In this document: positions 1 through 8,696 of the stretch, piece after piece | How the letters are laid out: each line of letters starts with the position of its first letter | Numbering within the stretch: the first letter of the stretch is position 1 | From: an uncultured Candidatus Saccharibacteria bacterium | GTDB taxonomy: Bacteria > Patescibacteriota > Doudnabacteria > UBA920 | Direction of reading: 5' to 3' | DNA: 64,000 nt | NCBI GenBank assembly: GCA_964561085.1 | Contig: CAZLNP010000004.1 | Location: forward strand, 15,580-79,579 | Notes under the pieces: generated by a model | The model's database searches: none | Seen by the model: only the letters and a program-made list of their open reading frames with translations | What the model was told of the DNA's origin: nothing | Made by a program: the position numbers and the translations under genes

Positions 1-12
1 CTGTTTATCATT

Positions 13-2172
13 CTATTTTTTTAGCACCATTCCGACAAAGCTGTCTGCTAGTAAGTCTTGAGTGTATTTTAATTGAGTTCCTTCAACATATGCAGTATTA
101 GATTTCCATAGGCTACTCCTGCCATTGAAGCTTACATTATATTCTAAAGATCCCACTTGCGAACCTGGTTGCTTTTGAATTAATAGACTGTGTCTATCTA
201 TGTTCTCCAATTTAAAAGGTAAATTATAAGTGATAGTCACGGTGTTTGTCTGCCCTCCCGCTGTTTCAAGCCAATTTCCAAACCAAGTCTTACCCGCTTC
301 TGTTCCAGTGTATGTGCCAGTATTTATATCTTGAGATAAATCTTTCTGCCACTCCTGCACCTGCTCATCTAATATATATCCCTCAGATTCTAGACGCGGT
401 AATTGTACATCATTATTGAACCCTTCACTTGAAATGAGCGTGGAACCTTTCGGAACATATATCCTGACAAAGCTTTTATTTGTTAACCCTGGTGAATTTG
501 GGAGTGGGTTTTTAACTGTATAACTTAGAGTATTGATCATGCTACCATCTTCCGCGATAGCGGTAGAAAGTTTGGTGCTTCGTATAACAGAACGATCAGT
601 TTTAGTACCGCCTAAATTAGAATTTACAACACTTAAATAATCTCGTTCGGTTGAACGTAATTCCCCACCCCAGTTGAAAGCGCTTATCTTCTTTTGAATT
701 TCCGAGTCTCTAGAGTAAAGCAATATTTGTTTTTTATATAAATTCTGTTGGAATACTTCAAGGAATGGCATAACTCCTCCACCACTTTCTTTATCCCCTA
801 ACTTCTCCATCAATAACGGGAAAAAGTCTGCCAAAAATTGTTTTGGTTGATTAATAACTTTGTCGTAGTTAACAGATGTTTCTTCTTGAGTTTTCTCTAC
901 AAAATTTTCTTTAGTCAAAGTCACTCCATGTTGAGGTAGATTCACTGGGCCGGTCCGCTCAAGCATATCTAGAATTACATCAGGGGTCATGGTAATAATT
1001 AAATCAGGAGTTTCGCCGCCTTCCTTCTCGTAAAGAGCGCTAATTCTAGATGCTGATTGAGGGAAGCTGGCAAACCAATTACTGTCCCTTAAAAACCATT
1101 GGTTGTTGACTGAATACATGGGCTGAGGAGGAAGAATTTTTTCTTTCAACTGGCCATCCCAATCATACACACTTTTTATTTCCAAAGAAGCAATCCCACC
1201 ATCGGTTAATTTTGCATTTCCGATAGTGCCCATAAACCCTCCACTAGCGCGGAGTTCATTATTATTTTGAAACACTAACAAGATATTTTTAGAGCCTAGA
1301 AGTAAGTCAAAGACCAAGGAAGATACTTCTTTCAAAGTAGATGCGTTTTGTTGGAATAAACCTGCTGCGTCTCTTGCCGCCATGAATGACTGTTGATAGC
1401 TTTCAGGCAAGCTACTAATAGAAACCTCATTAATTAGCTTTGAAGCTGTATCTGCTAGCTCAACACTCTCACTTAGTAAAGTTTGGATTTCCCCTAAAGT
1501 CTGTTTGTTATTTTCATTTCCACTTAGTCCCACAGCGCTAAGCTTTAGATTTTCTGTAATTGTAATTAACTCAGTTCCTTTAATCCCCGCTTCTGTAATT
1601 AATTCCGCTGCAGTTAATAGTCGATCTGCGTCATGTTTTTGGGGAACCACGGAAAGCAATCCTTTTAATATAATACTAGTTGAATTCAAAGTCTCTTTGC
1701 TGTTTTTGAACTGCTCAAGAGCCTTTCCTAAGTTCGCTTGCGCTGCTTCGGTATTTTCAGATTCTAAAGATGTTTGTGCGTCTTGCAAGTAACCAATTGC
1801 CGTTGTGCTCGACCCAAGTACTTCTCCTTTTACATCTTGTCCTGCAGAAATTAAATTAAGCCCGTGAACTGTGCTCCCTGCTAATACAGCTAGAAGAGAA
1901 AAAACAGCAACAGTTTTTTGAAATTGCAGGTTCTTAAATTTCTTAAACACAGTGGACATGTGTGTTGGAGAGTCAGCCAATATTTTTGCAAGTGTCCAAG
2001 GCGACGTAATAATAGAAACTAGAGTAAGGCCAATCCCGTAGCAGACATTTACTATAATCTCAGCGAAGAAAGATGCAAGTTTTTTGATCAAGCCAAAAAA
2101 ACCAGTTTTCTTATTGTAGACTACTGGCTCATATTGAGCATGATGCAAATATAGCTTTATCTTTTTTTTCAT
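13..2172 (-). CDS. Large membrane-anchored protein with a DUF4012-like region (FQNNNELRASGGFMGTIG motif), 719 aa
   Basis: Complete ORF with an N-terminal hydrophobic segment followed by a long extracytoplasmic region. The NNxELRxxGG motif recalls the DUF4012 family seen near cell-wall loci. Its start overlaps the ftsW stop by 4 nt, suggesting an operon. Family assignment is from memory and not verified. Confidence 0.45.
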   Translation of the reverse strand: MKKKIKLYLHHAQYEPVVYNKKTGFFGLIKKLASFFAEIIVNVCYGIGLTLVSIITSPWTLAKILADSPTHMSTVFKKFKNLQFQKTVAVFSLLAVLAGSTVHGLNLISAGQDVKGEVLGSSTTAIGYLQDAQTSLESENTEAAQANLGKALEQFKNSKETLNSTSIILKGLLSVVPQKHDADRLLTAAELITEAGIKGTELITITENLKLSAVGLSGNENNKQTLGEIQTLLSESVELADTASKLINEVSISSLPESYQQSFMAARDAAGLFQQNASTLKEVSSLVFDLLLGSKNILLVFQNNNELRASGGFMGTIGNAKLTDGGIASLEIKSVYDWDGQLKEKILPPQPMYSVNNQWFLRDSNWFASFPQSASRISALYEKEGGETPDLIITMTPDVILDMLERTGPVNLPQHGVTLTKENFVEKTQEETSVNYDKVINQPKQFLADFFPLLMEKLGDKESGGGVMPFLEVFQQNLYKKQILLYSRDSEIQKKISAFNWGGELRSTERDYLSVVNSNLGGTKTDRSVIRSTKLSTAIAEDGSMINTLSYTVKNPLPNSPGLTNKSFVRIYVPKGSTLISSEGFNNDVQLPRLESEGYILDEQVQEWQKDLSQDINTGTYTGTEAGKTWFGNWLETAGGQTNTVTITYNLPFKLENIDRHSLLIQKQPGSQVGSLEYNVSFNGRSSLWKSNTAYVEGTQLKYTQDLLADSFVGMVLKK

Positions 2173-3266
2173 TTTGACTGCCTAGAAATATTTAAAACAA
2201 TCCCACAACCAGCTAAAGTCATAATCATAGCGCTACTACCATAGCTAAAGAATGGCAATGGAATCCCAGTAAGAGGTAATAGACCAGTAATCGCACTAAT
2301 ATTTACAACCGCAGCTGCTCCAATACTACCTATGACCCCCACTGTTAACATCTTACCAAACAAATCGGGTGCTTTGTAACTAATTTGGATACCTCTAACA
2401 ATAAACCATATAAATAAGAGCAAAATTAGGATAACCCTGATAAAACCAAGCTCCTCCGCCATGACAGCGAATATTGAATCGTTAATTGCTTCTGGGAGGT
2501 AGGAGTACTTTTGGCGAGAGTGGCCATAGCCATATCCGAACCATCCGCCACTGCCGATGGCAATTAAAGCTTGGTTTATCTGATACCCAATTCCCAGAGG
2601 GTCTACTGATCTGTTTAAGAAGGCGGTTATGCGCTTAACACGATACGGCTCAAGTTTAATTAAAACTAACATTATCGCAACTCCAGCAGTAGTTAGCCAA
2701 GCAAAGTATCGTAAACGAATACCGCCTACGAAGAGCATGATGCCTGCAGTTAGAACTAGTGAGATCATAGTTCCTAAGTCTGGTTGCCATAAAATTAGTA
2801 AACAATACAATCCAATTATTAACACAGGAGGAAGGACAGATTGAAAAAACCCTTTGATATGACCACGCGTGCTTATCCACCCTGCTAAATATATAATAAT
2901 GGCTAACTTAGCGGCCTCAGCGGGTTGGAAGAATAACGGGCCGATATCAATCCATCGAGTAGCTCCATTTGCTCCAAAACCAATTCCAGGAACTTTAACC
3001 AAAAGTAATGCGATCAAAGTCGCTGCAATACCGAACGGAATGAATTTCTTCCAAATATGGTAATCGATACGTGATAGAACATACATTGCGAGCAAACCAA
3101 TACCTATTCCGTACATCAACTGATGAGTAAAGTAGTAACTGGTGTTGCCAAAGTTTTGTTGCGATTCAACTGTTGAAGCAGACCAAAGCATGATTAAACC
3201 AATGACGATGAGTCCGCCTAATAATCCTAAGAATAAATAATCTACTGGTTTTTTTGTTGCTGCCAT
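2169..3266 (-). CDS. ftsW: SEDS-family peptidoglycan glycosyltransferase, FtsW-like
   Basis: Polytopic 365-aa protein with the conserved FtsW/RodA C-terminal motifs (GGSS-like, LPxTG[IL]PLPF[FI]SYGGSS). It sits immediately downstream of murD, the typical dcw position. Confidence 0.85.
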   Translation of the reverse strand: MAATKKPVDYLFLGLLGGLIVIGLIMLWSASTVESQQNFGNTSYYFTHQLMYGIGIGLLAMYVLSRIDYHIWKKFIPFGIAATLIALLLVKVPGIGFGANGATRWIDIGPLFFQPAEAAKLAIIIYLAGWISTRGHIKGFFQSVLPPVLIIGLYCLLILWQPDLGTMISLVLTAGIMLFVGGIRLRYFAWLTTAGVAIMLVLIKLEPYRVKRITAFLNRSVDPLGIGYQINQALIAIGSGGWFGYGYGHSRQKYSYLPEAINDSIFAVMAEELGFIRVILILLLFIWFIVRGIQISYKAPDLFGKMLTVGVIGSIGAAAVVNISAITGLLPLTGIPLPFFSYGSSAMIMTLAGCGIVLNISRQSK

Positions 3267-3267
3267 T

Positions 3268-4590
3268 TTATTTCACTAAATCAACGAACTGATTACCTCT
3301 ATCCGCATAGTTTTTAAACATATCAAAAGATGCAGAAGCAGGGCTTAGAAGCACAACCTCGCCTGGTTCGGACCTGGCCTTGATGTCACTTATCAGTTTG
3401 CTCAGATTTTCATATGGCCCAAAAACTTCTAGTGCAGAACCAGTACTTTCAAAAAGCTCTATCAACTTTAGAGCAACTTCACCTATTAGGTTTATGCTTG
3501 CAATGTTATTCTTCGCGTTTAAGTACTCCACTAATTCAGAATAGTCTAACCCTTTGTCAGACCCACCAAGGATTAAATGGATTGGTTCATTAAATGAATT
3601 AACTGCTGCAATGGTGGTTTCTGGTACAGTAGAAATACTGTCGTTATAGTAAGAGGTGCCATCTATGTTGCCTACCAGTTGTAATCTGTGCTCAAGCCCT
3701 GTAAATTCATTTACTGCTTTAGTAATAGTATCAATATCCACATTAAGGCAAAGCCCCGCTAGACTTGCCGCAGCAATATTCTCTAAATTATGAACACCTC
3801 TCAACTTTCTATCTTTACAATTAATCTCTGCTTCCACTTCACCTGTTAAAATAACTTTTTCACCATCAATGTAAGCCCCTCTTTGTGGTTTAGTCTTTGA
3901 AGAAATCGTTAGCTTCTCACCTTTTCCTAAAGTGCCAATCTTAGCAGTTGCTTCGTAGTCGATATTAGATATAGAAACATCATTAGAAGATTGGAACGCT
4001 GTAATAGCAGTTTTGGCTGAATGATATTCCTCTAAATCTTTATGATGATTCAGATGATCAGAAGTTGTCATTAGGCAAATCCCAATGTGAGGGCTTTGAG
4101 TTAAGTCTTGTAATTGGAAACTAGATAGTTCGTAAACTACGATAGAGCCTTCATTAGTTTCATCCAAAAATTCTAAAGGTTGAATTTTGCCAATATTGCC
4201 AGTAAGAAATAAATTTTTACCATCAACTTTTCCGGCAGCTTTCAGGACTTCAAAAATAAGGGAACTTGTTGTCCCTTTGCCTTTAGTCCCAGTAACACCA
4301 ATAATTGTTGATTTGGAATTCCCAAAGAACCACTTAGTCTGGCTAGTAATAGTAGACCCTTTTTGTTCAGCTTCTAAAATTTTAGGATGATGTCTCCATA
4401 TTCCTGGACTCCGAAAAAGTAGACTACAATCTGAGATTGAATCTAAATATCCCTCTCCATCTTTTTGATCATAGACCGTTGCATCTAACCCATGCTTCTT
4501 GAGGTATGCCAAAACAGCTTGCCCTTCCTGACCAAAGCCAAGTATTCCAATCTTATGATTTTTTAGCTCATCTATTCCGGAATTCATCAA
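3268..4590 (-). CDS. murD: UDP-N-acetylmuramoylalanine--D-glutamate ligase
   Basis: N-terminal Rossmann motif GILGFGQEG and the Mur ligase P-loop GVTGTKGKGTT. Length is 440 aa, in the dcw context. Confidence 0.9.
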   Translation of the reverse strand: MMNSGIDELKNHKIGILGFGQEGQAVLAYLKKHGLDATVYDQKDGEGYLDSISDCSLLFRSPGIWRHHPKILEAEQKGSTITSQTKWFFGNSKSTIIGVTGTKGKGTTSSLIFEVLKAAGKVDGKNLFLTGNIGKIQPLEFLDETNEGSIVVYELSSFQLQDLTQSPHIGICLMTTSDHLNHHKDLEEYHSAKTAITAFQSSNDVSISNIDYEATAKIGTLGKGEKLTISSKTKPQRGAYIDGEKVILTGEVEAEINCKDRKLRGVHNLENIAAASLAGLCLNVDIDTITKAVNEFTGLEHRLQLVGNIDGTSYYNDSISTVPETTIAAVNSFNEPIHLILGGSDKGLDYSELVEYLNAKNNIASINLIGEVALKLIELFESTGSALEVFGPYENLSKLISDIKARSEPGEVVLLSPASASFDMFKNYADRGNQFVDLVK

Positions 4591-4591
4591 T

Positions 4592-6154
4592 TTACTTCTT
4601 TAAGAATATTCCTGCTTTGTTTCCTGTAACAGAGCCAGCAGTAACGGCTTTCTCTCCATTAACCCAAACTTGTTCTATCCCATCTGCGTATTGGTATGGG
4701 TTTTCAACTGATGCTTTAGATCCAATCTTTTGTGGGTCAAACAATACTAGATCGGCTTTAGCATCTACGGCAATTACTCCGCGATCTTTTAAGCCAATTT
4801 TCTTTGCGGGACCAGAAGTTAGTTTTCTAATAGCTTCAGTTAAAGAAATTTCTTTTGATGTATTAACATTTTGTAAGAACTTTGCAGCTGTACCAAAACA
4901 TCTTGGATGAACTAATGTATTTGTGTCAGCTGAAGAGTATCCACTACCATTTGTGGCGATGAACGAAAGTGAATGATTGCAAAAATCATCTACAATTTTT
5001 TCGTCCAAGCTAGTATCAAAAACAAGGATTTCACTTCCACCATTTTCAATTAAATGCAGCAAAGCCTCCTCGCTGGTTGTTCCAAATCCAGCAGCTATTG
5101 TTGAGACAGTTTTACCTGTAACCATAAGCTTCGCTGATGTTGAAGCAATCATTAGCTGAGGAATATCTGTTTCAGAAGTGTTTAACGCGCTTAATATTTT
5201 AGCTCTTTGAGTTGGGTTTTTTAGAAGCGCTAATAATTCTAATCGCCCTCCCATTGTTGCCCACGAAGGGAGATATGTGTATATTGGTTGCCATGTTGAA
5301 GTGTACGGGTATACATCGAAATGAACATTTACGCCTCTATGCCATGCTGCTTCCAGCTCAGCTAAGACATCGGTGACTAACGGCCAATTTTCACGGTGCC
5401 GTATTTTCAAATGAGAAATTTTAACATTGGCTTTAGCTTGCTCTGCTGCTGCTATAACTTCGCGAACACTTTCAATAACACTCCCTGACTCATCTCGCAA
5501 ATGAACAGAAATGTAAGCGTCGTGGTTAGCAACAATCTGGGCAAGCTCGTATAGCTCAACATCAGAAATATTTGCTTCATGAGCGTAAGCGAATCCAGTT
5601 GAAACTCCAAAGGCACCTTCATTAATTGCGTCGTCTGCCATTCTCTTCAAAGTTTGTAATTCATCAACAGAAACAGGAGTTTGCTTATCGCCAATAAGCC
5701 CTCTACGCAAAGTAGAATATCCAACTAGGCTGGCTACATTTGCACCAAACCTCTGAGTACTCATAGATTCGGCAAACTCTTTAAAGCTTCGCCAGTTAAT
5801 ATTTACACCTTCCATGGTGTGCCACTTTTGCAAAGAAAGTAATGATTGCTCAGAAATTAATGGAGCTAAACTTGCTCCAGAATTTCCTACCATGATTGTT
5901 GTGTAGCCTTGCGTAATCATGCTTTCTAAATTTGGACCGTCGAATAAACGCCAATGACTGTCGCTATGGTTTTGAATATCGATGAACCCTGGAGCTAAAA
6001 CTTTTCCCTCAGCATGAATAACTTCTTGCGCTTGGGAGGTTATATCTTGAGATATATTAACAATTCTATCGCCATTAATAGCAACGTCAGCTGTAATTGG
6101 TGCTGACCCTGTTCCATCAATAACGGTAGCTTTTTTAATTAGCAATGAGTACAT
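4592..6154 (-). CDS. Amidohydrolase of the N-acyl-D-amino-acid deacylase (D-aminoacylase) family
   Basis: The N-terminus (ATVIDGTGSAPITADVAINGDRIV...VLAPGFIDIQNHSDSH) matches the D-aminoacylase / N-acyl-D-Glu deacylase pattern. Length is 520 aa. It is wedged between mraY and murD. Confidence 0.6.
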   Translation of the reverse strand: MYSLLIKKATVIDGTGSAPITADVAINGDRIVNISQDITSQAQEVIHAEGKVLAPGFIDIQNHSDSHWRLFDGPNLESMITQGYTTIMVGNSGASLAPLISEQSLLSLQKWHTMEGVNINWRSFKEFAESMSTQRFGANVASLVGYSTLRRGLIGDKQTPVSVDELQTLKRMADDAINEGAFGVSTGFAYAHEANISDVELYELAQIVANHDAYISVHLRDESGSVIESVREVIAAAEQAKANVKISHLKIRHRENWPLVTDVLAELEAAWHRGVNVHFDVYPYTSTWQPIYTYLPSWATMGGRLELLALLKNPTQRAKILSALNTSETDIPQLMIASTSAKLMVTGKTVSTIAAGFGTTSEEALLHLIENGGSEILVFDTSLDEKIVDDFCNHSLSFIATNGSGYSSADTNTLVHPRCFGTAAKFLQNVNTSKEISLTEAIRKLTSGPAKKIGLKDRGVIAVDAKADLVLFDPQKIGSKASVENPYQYADGIEQVWVNGEKAVTAGSVTGNKAGIFLKK

Positions 6155-6172
6155 TGAGATTTATGAGTTTAG

Positions 6173-7231
6173 TTATTTGTCTAAGAAGTAAACAATTACC
6201 CCGATTATTCCAGCTACGACAGATAGAATCCAAAAACGCATTGTGACTTTTGACTCTGGCCAACCCAAGGCTTCTAAGTGATGATGTATTGGTGCGGATA
6301 GAAAAAGTTTCTTTTTAAATACGCGTCTCCAAGTTATTTGTAACAAAAATGATCCTGCCTCGATAACGAAAATCAGTCCGATTAAAGGCAGTAGTAAGGT
6401 GGTATCTGTTAAAAATGCGACTATTGCGAGTAGCACCCCGAGACCCATCGAGCCTGTATCGCCCATGAAAAATCTGGCTGGGTGAACATTAAACCATAGG
6501 AAAGCGAGTAATCCTCCACAGACCACTCCACACAAAGCAGCTAGGTTTTCTCTGCCTTGCATGTACGAAATTATTGCAAAACAAAAGAACGCAATCGAAA
6601 GAGTTCCGCCAGCTAGTCCATCGAGCCCATCAGTTTGATTAACTGCAAAACTTGTACCGACTACTACTAGCAAGAAAAAAGGAATGAACAATAGCCCTAA
6701 ATAGATGTCTCCAAAAAATGGAACATGGATTGAATCAAATCCAATCTTTACATAAAACCACCAAGCGCCAATTAGAGCAACAAGTGTGTATAAAACAAAT
6801 TTAACTCTGAACCGGATCCCTCTTCCTTTATGACCACGTCCTCTAATATCTAAATAATCATCTAGGAATCCTACAAGGGCAGCACCGAACATGGCGCCGA
6901 TTGGTAAAAGAGTTTCTCTGCGAGTCAAAAAGTTTAATATATGGAACTGTTCAATTCCTGCAACGCGATCCAAAAACCAAAATACACTTGCTAGAACTAG
7001 GACACTTCCCCAAACCAAAATACCGCCCATTGTTGGAGTCCCTTTCTTCTTTGCATGCATCTCTGTATACAAAGGAGTGGATCCATCTGAGCGGATATTT
7101 TTTCCTAAACGGAAGTGATAAATAAATTTTGAAAACAGTGGGGTGACAGCAATCGCAAATAAAAAAGCGATTGTACTTAAACTGAAAATTTTAATCAATT
7201 CGTCTGTAGCCATGCTTATATTATACCACAT
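6173..7231 (-). CDS. mraY: Phospho-N-acetylmuramoyl-pentapeptide transferase
   Basis: Polytopic protein with the MraY motifs (NxxNxTDGLDGLA, DTGSMGLG, HHH[LF]E). The true start may be the internal Met at about 7213. Confidence 0.9.
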   Translation of the reverse strand: MWYNISMATDELIKIFSLSTIAFLFAIAVTPLFSKFIYHFRLGKNIRSDGSTPLYTEMHAKKKGTPTMGGILVWGSVLVLASVFWFLDRVAGIEQFHILNFLTRRETLLPIGAMFGAALVGFLDDYLDIRGRGHKGRGIRFRVKFVLYTLVALIGAWWFYVKIGFDSIHVPFFGDIYLGLLFIPFFLLVVVGTSFAVNQTDGLDGLAGGTLSIAFFCFAIISYMQGRENLAALCGVVCGGLLAFLWFNVHPARFFMGDTGSMGLGVLLAIVAFLTDTTLLLPLIGLIFVIEAGSFLLQITWRRVFKKKLFLSAPIHHHLEALGWPESKVTMRFWILSVVAGIIGVIVYFLDK

Positions 7232-7255
7232 ATGCTAGAAAAACGACTTATCAAC

Positions 7256-8266
7256 TTATTGAATCATGATATTTTCTGATTTGGATAGAACATTCTTCTT
7301 TAGAAGCTTGGTATCGCCTTCTCTATCTGTGCTTCCAAGGATGATTATGATGAATTTCAGGTCTTTACTATGGATCGCAGTGATCATCGCTCCTTTGGCT
7401 TCATCAGTAAAGCCTGTTTTAATGGCATGAATCTCCGGATCTTGAGCTAAAAGTGTATTCGTTGCTTTAACCGAGTAGGTTTTGCCCGTCTCGCTGATAA
7501 ATGTGTAGGACTGCTTTCTATCTATTTCAGAGAATAAAGTCATTGGCCTAACAACATCTAATAGTCTCTTTAAGTCGTTAGCTGTTGAGTAGTTTTGCTC
7601 GCTATCCCATCCAATTGGATTCTCGTAGTGAGTGGACTCCATGCCTAAAGCATCAGCCTCTTTGTTCATAAGGTCAATAATTGGTTTTTTAGATACCGAA
7701 CTTACGTAAGCACCTAATGTTGCTGCTGAATCGTTTGCTGAACCAATGAGCATTGCATCAACTAAATCTTTAACAATAACTTTGTCGCCTGGAGTTAAGC
7801 CTAGTATCGGTCTTATGTCGCTCAAGTTGGATGAACTAATTGCCCAGGTATCATTTAAGTTTCCATACTTCTGCGTAACATACGCAGTCATTAGCTTAGT
7901 AATGCTGGCAATCGCTACTGCAGCATCTGGATTTCGGGAAGATATAACCTCGCCAGTTTGTTCGTTATAAATTAAATAGCTATCAGCCTTAACACCTTCG
8001 CCTATTGCAGGATTAACATCTTCGGAACTACTCGCAGCAAAAGTGTCGCCTGAACTTAACCCAAAGATTTCACTTTCCACTTTAGGATTACCTTTGTCAG
8101 CTCCCGGAGCAAGCATTGGGCGCGTGAAGGCAAAGATTACTGTAGTGACGAATAGCGCTGCAATTAACAGGCCGCCAAGTCGCTTCCCACTTTTTACAGC
8201 GTGATGTTTTAATGTTTTTTTAGGCATATCTATAACAGTATAATGCATAAACGATTGACAATCCAC
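7256..8266 (-). CDS. D-alanyl-D-alanine carboxypeptidase (S11 peptidase, PBP5-like)
   Basis: SxxK active-site motif (ASITKLMT) and an SGN-like motif (IGSAND), with an N-terminal signal or anchor. The start is uncertain because there are several in-frame Met codons. Confidence 0.75.
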   Translation of the reverse strand: MDCQSFMHYTVIDMPKKTLKHHAVKSGKRLGGLLIAALFVTTVIFAFTRPMLAPGADKGNPKVESEIFGLSSGDTFAASSSEDVNPAIGEGVKADSYLIYNEQTGEVISSRNPDAAVAIASITKLMTAYVTQKYGNLNDTWAISSSNLSDIRPILGLTPGDKVIVKDLVDAMLIGSANDSAATLGAYVSSVSKKPIIDLMNKEADALGMESTHYENPIGWDSEQNYSTANDLKRLLDVVRPMTLFSEIDRKQSYTFISETGKTYSVKATNTLLAQDPEIHAIKTGFTDEAKGAMITAIHSKDLKFIIIILGSTDREGDTKLLKKNVLSKSENIMIQ

Positions 8267-8283
8267 TGCCCTCGGGATATGAT
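8255..8283 (+). promoter_or_regulatory. Sigma-70-type promoter for trxA: TTGACA, 17-nt spacer, TATGAT
   Basis: Direct read. The -35 is at 8255-8260 and the -10 at 8278-8283. The predicted start near 8290 favours the 8311 ATG as the trxA start. Confidence 0.55.
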
Positions 8284-8310
8284 TATTTGGTAATTATTAT
8301 CAAAAATTCT

Positions 8311-8634
8311 ATGAAAGAAGTTACGATTACTCAAGATAATTTCGAAGATGAGGTCATTAAGTCAAACATCCCTGTTTTAGTAGACTTTTGGGCTGAATGG
8401 TGTGGTCCATGTAAGATTGTAGGTCCAATTTTAGCTGAAATTGCTGATGAATACGACGGAAAGTTTAAAGTTGCTAAGCTTAATGTCGATGAGAACCCCG
8501 ATCTTACAAGTCGTTTTAACGTAATGAGCATTCCAACTATGAAGTTTTTCAAAGCTGGTGAGATCGTTGGTGAGTTAGTAGGCGCTGCTCCTAAAAACAT
8601 GATCGAAGCTGAAATCGCTAAACATTTAGCTTAA
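8311..8634 (+). CDS. trxA: Thioredoxin
   Basis: WAEWCGPCK active site, about 107 aa. The ORF-track start at 8287 lies upstream of the predicted transcription start, so the start is placed at the internal Met (MKEVTITQDNF...). Confidence 0.9.
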   Translation: MKEVTITQDNFEDEVIKSNIPVLVDFWAEWCGPCKIVGPILAEIADEYDGKFKVAKLNVDENPDLTSRFNVMSIPTMKFFKAGEIVGELVGAAPKNMIEAEIAKHLA

Positions 8635-8659
8635 ACTTACAGTTTAAAATTCACATTAA

Positions 8660-8692
8660 AAAAACTCCCGGTTGGGAGTTTTTTTAATTTAC
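8660..8692. terminator. Bidirectional intrinsic terminator (aaaaaactccc-ggtt-gggagttttttt)
   Basis: Perfect GC-containing hairpin flanked by an A-run and a T-run, between the convergent trxA (+) and ATPase (-) genes. Confidence 0.7.
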
Positions 8693-8696
8693 ATAG

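Noticed and set aside
1505-1792. Antisense or alternate-frame ORFs of 60-210 aa inside long genes (also 2629-3063, 4187-4910, 6891-7125, 14760-15136, 17313-17860, 19908-20609, 21578-21911, 22430-22954, 24023-24547, 25326-25631, 28305-28762, 46337-47276, 48788-49122, 52417-52722, 53946-54242, 62131-62757 and similar)
   Set aside because: Each is nested in a well-supported gene on another strand or frame and lacks its own start context. These are typical AT-rich-genome shadow ORFs.
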